64,000 nucleotides of DNA from an uncultured Planctomycetota bacterium (GTDB taxonomy: Bacteria > Planctomycetota > Planctomycetia > Isosphaerales > Isosphaeraceae). The stretch covers positions 1,248,001 through 1,312,000 of the forward strand of contig CAWGMQ010000003.1 in the NCBI GenBank assembly GCA_963823665.1. Direction: 5' to 3'. The notes beneath the pieces were generated by a model. The model did no database searches and was not told the DNA's origin. It saw nothing but the letters and a program-made list of their open reading frames with translations. The position numbers and the translations under genes were made by a program. Below, in pieces: positions 11,073 to 20,885 of the stretch. Numbering within the stretch: position 1 is the stretch's first letter; each line of letters begins with the position of its first letter.

Positions 11073-11618
11073 ACACGCTTCCTTTCGAGGCGCGAGCCGC
11101 CCGGTCCATCCGGCCGCGCTCCGACCCGCGGCTCGCTCGCTCGCCGGCAGCTCAGGCTCGTATCCTAGCGGCCACCTTGCTGCGAGCGAAAGGGGGCGGT
11201 GGAGTCATTCGGCGCTCATGGGCTCGGCGAATCCGCGGCTCATTCCGTCGTCCACGCCCACTCGCACTCGTATACTTTGCGAGTGAACGGGATTGAGTGA
11301 GGGAGACCCCGTTCACGATGCCGGATCGGAGCAGAGAAGGGGCAAATCAAAACCAGCGTGGGGATGACAAATTCACGTGCGGCGAGACCGGCAACAGCAG
11401 CGTGGCGGAGATTGGAGAGGGAAATGCGGATGCGCACCGAGGTCGAGCGGGAGCTCGTTCTTGCCCACCGCGGAGCGGTTTAGTTCAACTAGCCATGTGG
11501 TGGCGGACACCTTTTCCTGGCAGTTTTCCTCCCCGTGGAATGAAAAACTAGCTGCGCCCCGGTTTCCTCCCCCGCGCCCCCGTTTCCATCCCGGCAGGTC
11601 ATCCGATCGGCCGCGGGC

Positions 11619-13192
11619 CTATCTGGCGACGGCTCGGGCTGCGCGGACGGCGTCGCGCGCCTGGAGGAGCCCGGCGCCGAAGGTGTAGTCGCGCCCCTTC
11701 CGGCCGATGTCGCGGCAGGTCTTTTCCATGATCGCCTTGACTTCCCAGGGGCACAGGTCCGGGTTGGCGGAGAGCATCAGCGCGGCGACCCCGGCGGTCT
11801 GCGCGCCAGTGAAGGAGTTGCCGCCCCGGACGTCGACCAGCGCCATCTGGTCGTTCTCCTTCGAGAAGATCGCGCCATTCTCCGGCCGCGCCCAGCGCGG
11901 GAATCCGCCGAACACGCCCGTCACGTCGGGCTTGGCGAGGGGCCGCGACGGCGGGTAGTCTTCGTAGAACTTCACCCCATCCCAGGTGCAGGGGCCTTCG
12001 CTGCTCTCGTCGGCCTTCCTCCCGTCGCGCGTGATGCCGGCCGCGGTGATCACGCAGGGAACGTCCTTGGGCAGGGCGATCTCCTTCCCCCGTCGTAGAC
12101 GAGAGTAATTCCCCGCCCCACCGACGGCGACGATGCCCGCCGCCGACAGGTGCTCGAGCGCCGTCCGATAGAGGCCCCGGTAATTGCCGAGCGGCATGTC
12201 CTCCCACATATAGCTCAACGAGAGCACGTCCGCACCGTGGGCCGGGGCGTACTCGTACGCCTTCAGATAGCCCATGCCGCGCAGGACCATCAGCCGCGCC
12301 GGGGGGCGACGCCGGTGAGCAGATTCAGTGTGTTGATCGGACGGCCGGCGATGATCCCGGCGCACATGCTGCCGTGCGGCCACTTGAGGTCATCCCCGAT
12401 GTTCCAGTACGAGTCGCCCGCGAAGTCGTAGCCGAAGACGTCATCGACATAGCCATCGCCGTCGTCGTCCTTGCCGTTGAAGACCTCGAGGGGATTCCTC
12501 CACAGGGCACGGGTCAGGGCCGGCGTCAGCATGATCCCGGTGTCGTTGAGGGCCACCACGACCCCGCGGCCGGTGACCTTCTCCTCCTTCCACGCGGCGT
12601 CGACCTGGATGGTCGACAGGTTCCAGGAGAGGGTGAAGCCCTGGGTGGTGAACGGCTCGTCGCTGTCGTCCTCCCACTGGGCGATCGTTTGCCGGAAGAA
12701 TCTCTCCTTCTCGGGCGTTGCGGCCGGCTGATCGGGGTCCCGGTGCTGTTTCACCTGGCGGAGCGGGCGGCGCTGGAGATAGACGAAGGCGACCTCCTCG
12801 AGCGCGGCCAGGCGCTGGCAGGCGTCGCCCGTCGCGTCGCAGGTGAAGCCGTTGACGATCCAGTAGCGATCGAGGTCCCGGACCTTCTGTGACTTCTCCA
12901 GCTCGGCGACCCGGGTCGCGACCTGGCCCCACGAGCGGTCGGCCTTGGCTCGGAGCGTCTGGACGATCGCCGGCCGGAGCTCGCGCCGCTTCGCCCCGGC
13001 GTGCTCCGCGCAGAATCGTTCGTAAGCGCCGCGTTCGCCGAGCAACTGGTCGGCCATCCGGACGAACACGGCGTAAGTCTTCCGCCCGGTGCTGCCGATG
13101 TCGCGGTCGATCTTGCCCGCGACGTCGGCGGCGTTCGCCGCCGGGACCAGGCCGAAGAGGAGGGCCACGAAACAGCCCCGTGCCGCCGCCAT
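11619..13192 (-). CDS. S8 subtilisin-like serine peptidase, frameshift near 12300
   Basis: Triad motifs VALNDTG, PHGSMCAGIIAG and GNSFTGAQTAGVAALMLS; NGKDDDGDGYVDD loop; signal peptide and prodomain. Confidence 0.88.
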
Positions 13193-13460
13193 CGATGGAG
13201 GCCGGTAGACTGAGTCGGTATGATATTCCGATGGGCGAATCAACCGGGTCCGTGCCAGGAGTGCGATCATTCCAGGTCCCTCCTGAAGCTCGACTGGGTT
13301 CATTGATGTTAACCCAACGGCGGATGCCCGACAACGCACGAACGGCCGTCACTTCTGATCGTAGTCACAGCCTCGATTCAGGTGGCGACACTGAGCATCT
13401 ACACCCGATTGAGGGCAAGGGGATTCCGCCGGGTCGCCTTGGGGGATCGCTCCCCCAAGG

Positions 13461-15880
13461 GCCGGGTAAGGAGGTGACGTTACCGCCACCCCCTCCCCTC
13501 AGAACTGCACGTGAAAGTTTCCCTTCATGCAGCTCAAGCCTTCACGAACGCCCCTCGCAGGACGCGGCCGCTTTCGTCAGTCGTTCTTGGACATGGATCT
13601 GCCGATGACAGTTGGCATGCAACAACTCCAGGTTGTCGGCTGTGCCAGAACCGCCCCGGCTGCGCCAGATGCGATGGTGGAGATGCAAGTCTTCCTCTGC
13701 GATCCGCAGCGGTTGACCACAGACCACGCATCGTCCCTCTTGTTCCTTCCATAAGTATTCGATCCGACCCCGACCTGCCAGCGTTTGGCTCAGTTGCCAA
13801 CCCAGTCGTGCTTCCAGGTACAGTTCCCACTTCGGATCGTAGGGATTCACGTCGCTCCGGATCTTCACATAACGAATGATCTTCACTTTGGCTGCTTCCA
13901 TCAACTGGATCGGCCGGCCTTGGCCTTTCTGGTCAAACAGCGTACCGGTGAAGACCCAGTGGCGGTAACCGTCTTGCTGGAAGTATTTCTCCTTGATCCA
14001 CCTCCGGCCTTTGTTCTGGTGCCGTCGTCGACACCAACGCCACAATTTCTGGAAAATCCGGTGATCCACGTACGTAAAAGTGCGCTTGCTCGCCGCGTAA
14101 CGGTGGTACATGGTCCAGCCCTTGATCTGCTGATTCAAACGCCAGATCATCTCTCCTGCCGTTAGGCTGCCCGAGCCGTCGATCGTTTCCTGTATCTTGT
14201 TCAAGAACGTCTTCACGTTTCGCAAGGACGGCTTGGTGAACACCTTGCCGCAGCGATAGCGTCGCACATTCTGCCCCAAGAAATCGAAGCCATCCTCCAC
14301 ATGCGTGATCTGGGTTTTCTCGTGGGAAAGTTCCAAGCCGCGTTCCTTCAAGAAATGAGCCACGAGAGGTTGCACTTGGTCACGGAGGAGTTCCTTTGAG
14401 ATGCCCGTGATCAAGAAGTCATCCGCATAGCGGACCAGGTGGACTTTAAACTTCCGTTGTCGCCCGTGCTTCTCGGCGAACTGTTCCGCCAACAGCCGTT
14501 GCAGTCCATCCAGAGTCCAATTCGCCAGGACGGGTGAAATGATCCCGCCTTGAGGTGTTCCTTCCGTGGTGGCGAACCAGGCGTGCTTCTCCAGGAAACC
14601 CACTTTCAGCCATTGCCCGAGCAACTGCCGGTCCATGGGGACGTGCGTCAAGAGCCAGTCATGACTGATGCGATCAAAGCAAGCTTTGATGTCCCCTTCG
14701 AGAATCCATGCTGGACCGCTCCGATTACCCAAGACAATATGAGATTGTTCCAGGGCGTCGGCACAACGACGTTCCAGCCGAAAGCCATAGGAATGGCCGT
14801 CGGCTCGAGATTCCGCAATGGGATCGAGGCCTAGCAAGTATAATGCCTGCATGGCTCGATCTGACATGGTGGGAATTCCGAGAGGACGTCGCTTGCCGTT
14901 GCTTTTGGGAATGTACACCCGGCGGAGCGGTTGCGGTTGGTAACCGTGCCGACGCAGAGTGCTGAAAGCAGCCGACTTGGCTTCCGGTGTGTTCCAGAGA
15001 ACTCCGTCCACACCGGGAGTCTTCGCACCCGAATTACTGATGACTCGCAAAATGGCCAGGGCCCGGCCACTGAACGAGTGCGTGAGCAGATAAACCAGAG
15101 CCTTGACCTTATTCCATCTGCCCTCCGCAACAGCCTTCACGATACGCGCCTGGAGCCGACGGACTGTGCGCCAGACTTTCTTCCATTCGATGGAGTGCCA
15201 GTCGGGCGTAAGCTCGGGAGCCGCACCAGCAAGCATTTCTGCCGCCGACATATCTGCTTGTCTCCCTGAGTCGGTTGGCCAAGGTTCTCTCGTGACGGAA
15301 CACCTGAGGGAAGTCGGCACCGCTTTCGCGGTGAGGGGATGTCGTCCGTGGGAGGACTCACCCTCTATCCGATCGACTACCGAACGGCATTGGCTTGCTC
15401 CCTCATCCTCCACCCGCCGCCCCATCGGCGACGCCTTACGACGGTCCTACCCCGAAGGGAGGGCGACGGGCTTACCACGTTCCACGGATGAATCACGGAT
15501 GGTTTAGGCTCTGCCTCTCCGCCGGTGGCTCGGATGACGACGACAGGGGATGGGAAATCCCACTGTACCTGGCCACGTACCTTTTTGGTTCAAGCCTCTC
15601 AGCGCCTTTGGCTTGTTGGATCTCACGACGTTTATCGGCAGTTCACCTGGATTAGCCATGCCATCCACCCCTGGCCCCCGACCGCATTGGCGTTCGCAGT
15701 CGCCGGATTCCCTCACGGGATATCCAACCACCCGAAGGTGAGGTTACGTTGTCCCAAGAGCTTCGCACGGTCGGATTGCTCCGGCCGCACGTCCTGGTAG
15801 GGTTCCGGTGGTCGTACATCGGGTTATGTCCTGGTTGCAAATCCAGTCATAACAGACTCATCCGCAGCTTCGTTTCGCGA
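13461..15880 (-). mobile_element. Group II intron, inner (CL/IIB-like, RT-maturase-HNH), nested in DVI of the outer intron
   Basis: 5' end TCGCGAAACGAAG at 15880. DV GAGCTGCATGAAGGGAAACTTTCACGTGCAGTTC at 13502-13535. DVI ends CTTACCCGGC at 13461. EBS1 TTCCCA (15551-15556) and EBS2 AGATCC (15618-15623) match the flanking host sequence. Confidence 0.92.
13542..15251 (-). CDS. ltrA: Group II intron-encoded reverse transcriptase/maturase/HNH endonuclease (intact, about 569 aa)
   Basis: RT N-terminal [45 protein letters not shown], domain X, and C-terminal CxxC...HH...NL..LH.NCH HNH. Confidence 0.96.
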   Translation of the reverse strand: MSAAEMLAGAAPELTPDWHSIEWKKVWRTVRRLQARIVKAVAEGRWNKVKALVYLLTHSFSGRALAILRVISNSGAKTPGVDGVLWNTPEAKSAAFSTLRRHGYQPQPLRRVYIPKSNGKRRPLGIPTMSDRAMQALYLLGLDPIAESRADGHSYGFRLERRCADALEQSHIVLGNRSGPAWILEGDIKACFDRISHDWLLTHVPMDRQLLGQWLKVGFLEKHAWFATTEGTPQGGIISPVLANWTLDGLQRLLAEQFAEKHGRQRKFKVHLVRYADDFLITGISKELLRDQVQPLVAHFLKERGLELSHEKTQITHVEDGFDFLGQNVRRYRCGKVFTKPSLRNVKTFLNKIQETIDGSGSLTAGEMIWRLNQQIKGWTMYHRYAASKRTFTYVDHRIFQKLWRWCRRRHQNKGRRWIKEKYFQQDGYRHWVFTGTLFDQKGQGRPIQLMEAAKVKIIRYVKIRSDVNPYDPKWELYLEARLGWQLSQTLAGRGRIEYLWKEQEGRCVVCGQPLRIAEEDLHLHHRIWRSRGGSGTADNLELLHANCHRQIHVQERLTKAAASCEGRS

Positions 15881-15927
15881 CTCCCACAGATCCGGGCTTG
15901 CCCAATTAAGGCACCCGGCTCGTCATG

Positions 15928-17278
15928 TCACTTGTTCGCTACGAGACGGCATACTGAGTGGATCGCAATCGCTGCCGGAAGCGGTTTATGCTTCAGGAAC
16001 CGAGCGAACCGTTCCCATGTCATCCGACGGCCGCGCCGCGGCGCGACAGCCAGTGCTGCCAGAGCCAGGTGGCACCACTGCGAAACCGTGACAACATTTT
16101 GGAGTTGCCGGTGATTCCGTAGTAGGCATAGTGGCCTAGCAGTTTCTGACCTAGTATCCGGTGCTGCACCTTGAGCGGTTGATGGCGATTTTGCGACACC
16201 AATCCGCCAACGTTCGCAGGCTGCGGCGAAATCGACTTTTGGACGTCTTGCGCTTCACCACCCAGCGACCCTGCCGGGAGCGACCCCAGTAATGGGTGAA
16301 CGCCAGCAGGTCGAAAGTCCCTGGTGGAGTTCGTGTGGGTCTGCCTTCCGGTTTGGGACGGTCCGATGGCCGCTCGAACGGCACCAGCCGCGTCTTGTCC
16401 GGGTGGATGGTCAAGCCGTACTTCTCAAAGCGTTTGGGCAACACATTCATCACACGCCGTGCGTCGGACTCGCATGAGAAGACCATGACGAAGTCGTCCG
16501 CATAGCGGATCAAGAACGATCTGCCCATCATCCGAGGCTGAACCTCCCGCTCGAACCACTCGTCCAGCACGTAGTGCAGGAAGATATTCGAAAGGATCGG
16601 GCTGATCACACCCCCTTGTGGCGACCCCATTTCGGGGTGCGTAACGCACCCGTTCTCGAAGACGCCCGCATTGAGCCATTTGCCGATGAGCCGGAGCAGC
16701 ACTCCGTCTCGCACCCGACGCTTGAGGAAGTCGCGTAGATGGCCGTGGTCAATCGTGTCAAAGAACTTACGAATGTCCACATCCACTACCCATCCGCCCT
16801 TCATGTTCATCGTCTGTTGCCACAGGCTCTCTGACGCAGTGTGTGCCGATCGCTCGGGCCGGAAGCCATGCGAGCAGTTCTTGAAGTCCTGCTCGTATAT
16901 CGCCTCCAGAACCATCACGACAGCACGCTGGAGCACTTTATCCTCGAAGGTCGGGATTCCCAGTGGCCGGGTTTCGGTCGCTGAGCCTGCCTTGGGGATA
17001 TGCACTCGCCGCACAGGCGGTGCGTGGTACGTACCGGACTTGGCTCGTTCCAGCAGCGACCGTAGGTTCGGGACCAGGTTCGCTGCGTAGGCCTCGCCAT
17101 CTTGTCCGTCTACGCCCACCGCCCCGTCTTGGCGGGTCCGGTAGTAAGCTGTGAGCAGCCAATCGAGGTCGATGAAGTGCCCCAGGGATGTGAATCCCAT
17201 CTCCGGGCTTCGCCGAGCGAGTTCCGCTATCCGTTGTTGTTTCGTGGACACGTCCACGGGTTCCGATGCACCCGCCAT
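15928..17278 (-). CDS. ltrA: Group II intron reverse transcriptase/maturase without endonuclease domain; two frameshifts (~16190, ~16040)
   Basis: AVGVDG, RPLGIP, PQGGVISP, RYADD, FDLLAFTHYW. Continues in shifted frames as GHYAYYGITGN...MTWERF...LP to a stop just before DV. Confidence 0.93.
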
Positions 17279-17857
17279 GTTTCCCTCCAACGGTTGTGTG
17301 ACATGGCGTCTCCTTCCCTCCACCGGGTCCCTCGGAGTGGTTCCCCGGCTTCAACGGTACTACGAGACGCTCCGACTCCCATCCGCCCCTTTCGCCGCAC
17401 TTCGTTGCCTTCGTGTGGCGATACCACCCTTGCGTCCTGTTCGCTCCCAGCGACCCGACGCGGGGTCGTGGGCCGGGGAGTTGGTATTCCGGATCCCGAG
17501 CCGGAAATGTCAGTGGAGACGGATGGGGCTCTCAGGTTCCCGAGCAACCCTCGCGTCCCTGCGCCATGTTCTTGGACCCCGGCAGGACCGAACACGCCAG
17601 GCCATTGCGGCGTGTCGACACGGCCCCCGCTTGTGTCTACAACGGAGGCTCCCACGATGAGTATTTCGGGGCTCGATAGCATGGCATGGAGACTCGCTGT
17701 CTACGCTTCGCAGTGAGGGTCACCCCTCCCCACGCAAGACTTGCTTCCGGCTGCCGGCCAGGCTCTGCCGGGCGGGATTCGTTAACCCGCAGGGTCGCGA
17801 TGAAAGGTTTCTGTGTTTCGAGGCACTTCCTCCTTTCTCGAGCTTTTCCTGACGCAA

Positions 17858-17877
17858 AGACACCCATCGTTTTGTCG
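17858..17877 (-). repeat. GGGTGTCT motif copy (GACAAAACGATGGGTGTCT), forming the 5' exon of the outer intron
   Basis: Near-identical to 20849-20868 (GACAAAAAGGGTGGGTGTCT). Joined to the 3' exon it reads GGGTGTCT|GGAATCCC. Confidence 0.75.
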
Positions 17878-17883
17878 AGGGCG

Positions 17884-18168
17884 TTGACTTCCTATCCACG
17901 GCGAATGATTTTTGACAGCTTGGAGATCCATCTCAGCCACCGGCCGACCCACCGATCCCGCCGAATCAAGGAAATGCGGCCGAACCCCGTTGCCGGGTGG
18001 GAACTGCGGCTCGGTGACTATCGGGTCCTCTATGATGTGGATGATCAGAGGCGCGTCGTCCAAGTCCAGGTCATCGGTGAGAAAGTCGGCAACCGACTCA
18101 TCGTGCAAGGCGAGGAGTATTCCGCCCATGAAAGTGATCGACCTGAACGAGGCGAAGGCGAATCTTGA
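17884..18168 (+). pseudogene. RelE/ParE-family toxin, probably 5'-truncated
   Basis: WELRLGDYRVLYDVD..VVQVQVIGEK RelE signature. The N-terminus is short and abuts the GGGTGTCT motif. Confidence 0.75.
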
Positions 18169-18319
18169 GGGTTATGCCGAAGAGTGCCAACAATCGCCGG
18201 TGATTGTCACGATTGGAGGGATCCCGAAATTCGAGCTCGTCCCGATCCACACGGACGATCCCGAGTTCATCGACCGCCTGCTCGAAGAGAACGAGACGAG
18301 GGCCGCTCGAAAGATCTGA
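18128..18319 (+). CDS. Phd/YefM-family antitoxin, probably 3'-truncated
   Basis: MKVIDLNEAKANLEGYAEEC..PVIVT..G.PKFELVP Phd-like N-terminus; overlaps the toxin gene. Confidence 0.72.
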   Translation: MKVIDLNEAKANLEGYAEECQQSPVIVTIGGIPKFELVPIHTDDPEFIDRLLEENETRAARKI

Positions 18320-18334
18320 GGCTTTCCCCGTATG

Positions 18335-18469
18335 CTACCAGTTTGAACCCGTGTCTTCGTCGAGGCTGACCCGACTCTTGCCGACGCGCACGGCGCCCGG
18401 CTCGTCTACTCGGAGCGGAGGCGGGTCGGCATGGATGGGAAGCAACTCGTTCAGTTCACTCTCGTTCAT
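18335..18469 (-). pseudogene. DUF433-family antitoxin N-terminal fragment
   Basis: ADPPPLRVDEPGAVRVGKSRVSLD matches the DUF433 start. Similarity stops at ~18359, next to GTGTCT (18351-18356). Confidence 0.65.
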
Positions 18470-18844
18470 GACGCGACACTCCGCGGCATTCACCCGTTGG
18501 GGTCTATCGTGCGTCGCCACTTACACTGTATACCAAGGCGGCTGGCATCGGTAGTTCGGTTGGACGGCGAGCGAGGCTGTGAGCAGCCGGGCTCCGCGCC
18601 TGGGTTGGCGCAACGTCAAGATCGGTTCGTGACACCTTTGCTGGGAATTCGATTGGATTCGAGGCCGGCCAGTGATGTTTCCTTCGCCGGCGCGGCAAGT
18701 GACGAACTCGTCGCATCGGTCGGCGCGACGCACGCGGCCGAGCGGGGCCCAGATACCCGCTGTGTGCCGGTTGAAGTGGATGCCCTAAACTGCCCCGATG
18801 ACCGGGTGTTTGCCTTGCTCCGCGCCTTCCTTACTTGGATGAGT

Positions 18845-18903
18845 GGGTGTCTGCCTTCCATTCCCCCCAAAGGTGGGTGTCTGACATCCGGTGTCTGACA
18901 TCC
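18845..18903 (+). repeat. Cluster of GGGTGTCT motifs with a 14-bp perfect tandem duplication (GGTGTCTGACATCC x2)
   Basis: Motifs at 18845, 18875 and 18890; duplication units 18876-18889 and 18890-18903. Confidence 0.8.
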
Positions 18904-19372
18904 CCGGCCAACGAATTCGCCAACCTCTGGCAGCGCCGCATCTCCTTCCGTGTCGGGGCGCTGATCACCGGGGTGGTCGGCGTCGTGATCCAGACGTGGC
19001 GGCTGATGGAGGACTCTTCCGGCTACATCTTCAAGTGGCTCATCGCTTACTCGGCGCTGCTCGGCGCGATGGGCGGCGTCCTCATCGCGGACTACTTCCT
19101 GGTGTGCCGGACGCGGCTCGACCTGCAGGCGTGGGGCGGGTCGTGCTGGTACACGGGCAGCTTCCACGCCGCCGGCCTGCTAGCCCCCGCCGGCGAGGGT
19201 CATCCCCTGCGTGCCGGGGTCCCTGGCCACCGTCGGACTGGTAGAGGTGATGCCGTCCTTGACGGACCTGTACCACTCTGCCTGGTCTCTCGGTTTCGGG
19301 ACGTCCCTCCTGGTATACTCGGGCCTGACGCTCCGGCGCCCCGGCGGGGCCGCGTCGCCACGCGGCTCTTGA
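18901..19372 (+). pseudogene. NCS1 nucleobase:cation symporter (cytosine/allantoin permease), C-terminal fragment
   Basis: SPANEFANLW.RRISFRVGALITGVVG...WLIAYSALLGAMGGVLIADYFLV. Starts immediately after the motif and degenerates downstream. Confidence 0.78.
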
Positions 19373-19397
19373 CGACCTCAAAGGGGAGAGGGCAACG

Positions 19398-20135
19398 ATG
19401 GACACCGAATACGACCGGATCGCGGAGCAGTACCAGCGGGCGAGGCTCCAGCCGTGGCGGACGCACATCGAGCGCTACACGCTGCTCCGACTGGCCGGCG
19501 ACGTGGCGGGGAAGGCGGCGATCGACCTGGCCTGCGGGGAGGGGTACTACACCCGCGCACTCCGTCAGCAGGGCGCCGCGCGGATCGTCGGCGTGGACCT
19601 GTCGCGCGCGATGATTGGGTTGGCCGAGGCCGAGGAGGCGCAACGGCCGCTGGGCGTCGAGTACCGCGTGGGGGATGTCCGGTCGCTGGAGGTGCCCGGG
19701 GAGTTCGACCTGGCCTTCGCGGCGTACCTGCTCAACTACGCCCACTCGGCCGAGGAGCTGGAGCAAATGTGCCGGGCGGTGGCCCGCGCGCTGAGGCCCG
19801 GCGGGCGTTTCGTGACGGTCAACAGTAACCCCGCAGAGCCGATTGTCGCCTTCCCTGCGGCCCGCGCCTACGGCTTCTCGAGGCGCGTCGAGGGGGAGTT
19901 GGTGGAAGGTGCACCCGTCGTCTTGGAGTTCTTCCTGCCCGAAGGCTCCTTCGAGGTGACGAACTACTACCTCAGCGCGGGGACGATGGAAAAGGCGTTC
20001 CGCGCGGCGGGCCTGCGCCAGCTGCGCTGGCACGCGGCCGAGGTCTCGCCCGAGGGCCTGCGCGAGTTCGGCCAGGAATACTGGGCGGACTTCCTCGCCC
20101 ACCCGCCGGTGGCCTTCATCGTTTGCGTCAAGTAG
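19398..20135 (+). CDS. Class I SAM-dependent methyltransferase (ToxA-like)
   Basis: Motif I IDLACGEG, VGVDLS, FDL..AAYLLNYA, LRPGGRFV; RBS GGGGAG upstream. Confidence 0.9.
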   Translation: MDTEYDRIAEQYQRARLQPWRTHIERYTLLRLAGDVAGKAAIDLACGEGYYTRALRQQGAARIVGVDLSRAMIGLAEAEEAQRPLGVEYRVGDVRSLEVPGEFDLAFAAYLLNYAHSAEELEQMCRAVARALRPGGRFVTVNSNPAEPIVAFPAARAYGFSRRVEGELVEGAPVVLEFFLPEGSFEVTNYYLSAGTMEKAFRAAGLRQLRWHAAEVSPEGLREFGQEYWADFLAHPPVAFIVCVK

Positions 20136-20710
20136 GTCTCCGGCAGGGGATGCGTGGTGGCCGGCCTGGAAGGGCGGTCCCCGGTTGACGGCGCCGCCAG
20201 TCCGGGGCTCAGCCCGACCCAGTCCGCATCGCCAAGTCGCGTGTACTGCACCGCCTCAAAGAGCGATTCGGCGAGCTGATCCAGGAAGCACGACTCCTTT
20301 CCGCCCTCGTGCCGCTTTGGTGTGACAGACCGCGCATTCCTTCTTCAGGACCCGGCCTCGCTCTCATCGCGAGGATGGAACTTACTTATGTTCCTATGCT
20401 GTCGTCAACCGACGAGAACCTAGACTTGTGCGGCCCAGCGAGTCGCCTTTCTTTCCTCTTGCGCGCGTCGGTCCGACGACACCGACGCATTTTCTGGCTT
20501 GGGGAAAGTGGCGACTGGATTTGAGCTCGCGACGGCACGGCACCGATCCTGCCGGTCACGGCTTATCGCCATGTGACATAACCGGTGAGCATTTCACGAA
20601 AAACACCTGTTCTTCGTTAGCCCGATTCTGAAATGCTCCGTTCTGCGGAGATGGGGCAAAGAACCCCAAGCTCATCCGCTGCATTCGAAGCATTCCACGG
20701 ACACCCTCTT

Positions 20711-20739
20711 TCGAGCTTTTCCTGACGCAAAGACACCCA
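20711..20739 (-). repeat. 29-bp exact copy of the outer intron's 5' exon/intron junction (20-nt intron stub)
   Basis: tcgagcttttcctgacgcaaagacaccca is identical at 17838-17866 and 20711-20739. On the minus strand it is followed by another motif variant, GGGTGTCC (20699-20706). Confidence 0.85.
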
Positions 20740-20848
20740 CCTTCTGCGCAGCGTCGGACACGCGCCTTCTTTTTGTCGAAATGACGGGCGGCAGTGCCGT
20801 GGTTCTCCGCCGAACGTGTGGGCCGCGAATTCATGGATGCGGGGCCGT

Positions 20849-20885
20849 GACAAAAAGGGTGGGTGTCTGGATTCCCTGGATTCCC
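20849..20885 (+). repeat. Empty GGGTGTCT^GGATTCCC motif with a 9-bp tandem duplication (CTGGATTCC x2)
   Basis: gacaaaaagggtgggtgtctggattccctggattccc matches the reconstructed intron target site. Confidence 0.75.

Larger units (their letters stand above)
13428..17857 (-). mobile_element. Group II intron, outer (class E-like, no endonuclease), interrupted by a nested intron
   Basis: 5' end TTGCGTCAGG at 17857. EBS1 AGACAC (17633-17638) is complementary to the 5'-exon GTGTCT. DV GAGCCGGGTGCCTTAATTGGGCAAGCCCGGATC at 15889-15921. DVI distal part CCTTGGGGGAGCGATCCCCCAAGGCGACCCGGC at 13428-13460. Contains an RT ORF. Confidence 0.9.

Noticed and set aside
13542..17278. Two tandem RT genes as a DGR, retron or defence RT (DRT) system
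   Set aside because: Each RT is followed by its own group II DV/DVI and has a maturase domain. No template/variable repeat pair or msr-msd structure is seen.
18845..18903. Repeat cluster as a mini CRISPR array
   Set aside because: Repeats are only 8-14 bp, spacing is irregular, and there are no cas genes in the window.
17858..20885. Classical integron with attC sites
   Set aside because: No GTTRRRY/RYYYAAC-bounded hairpins were identified and there is no IntI gene in the window.
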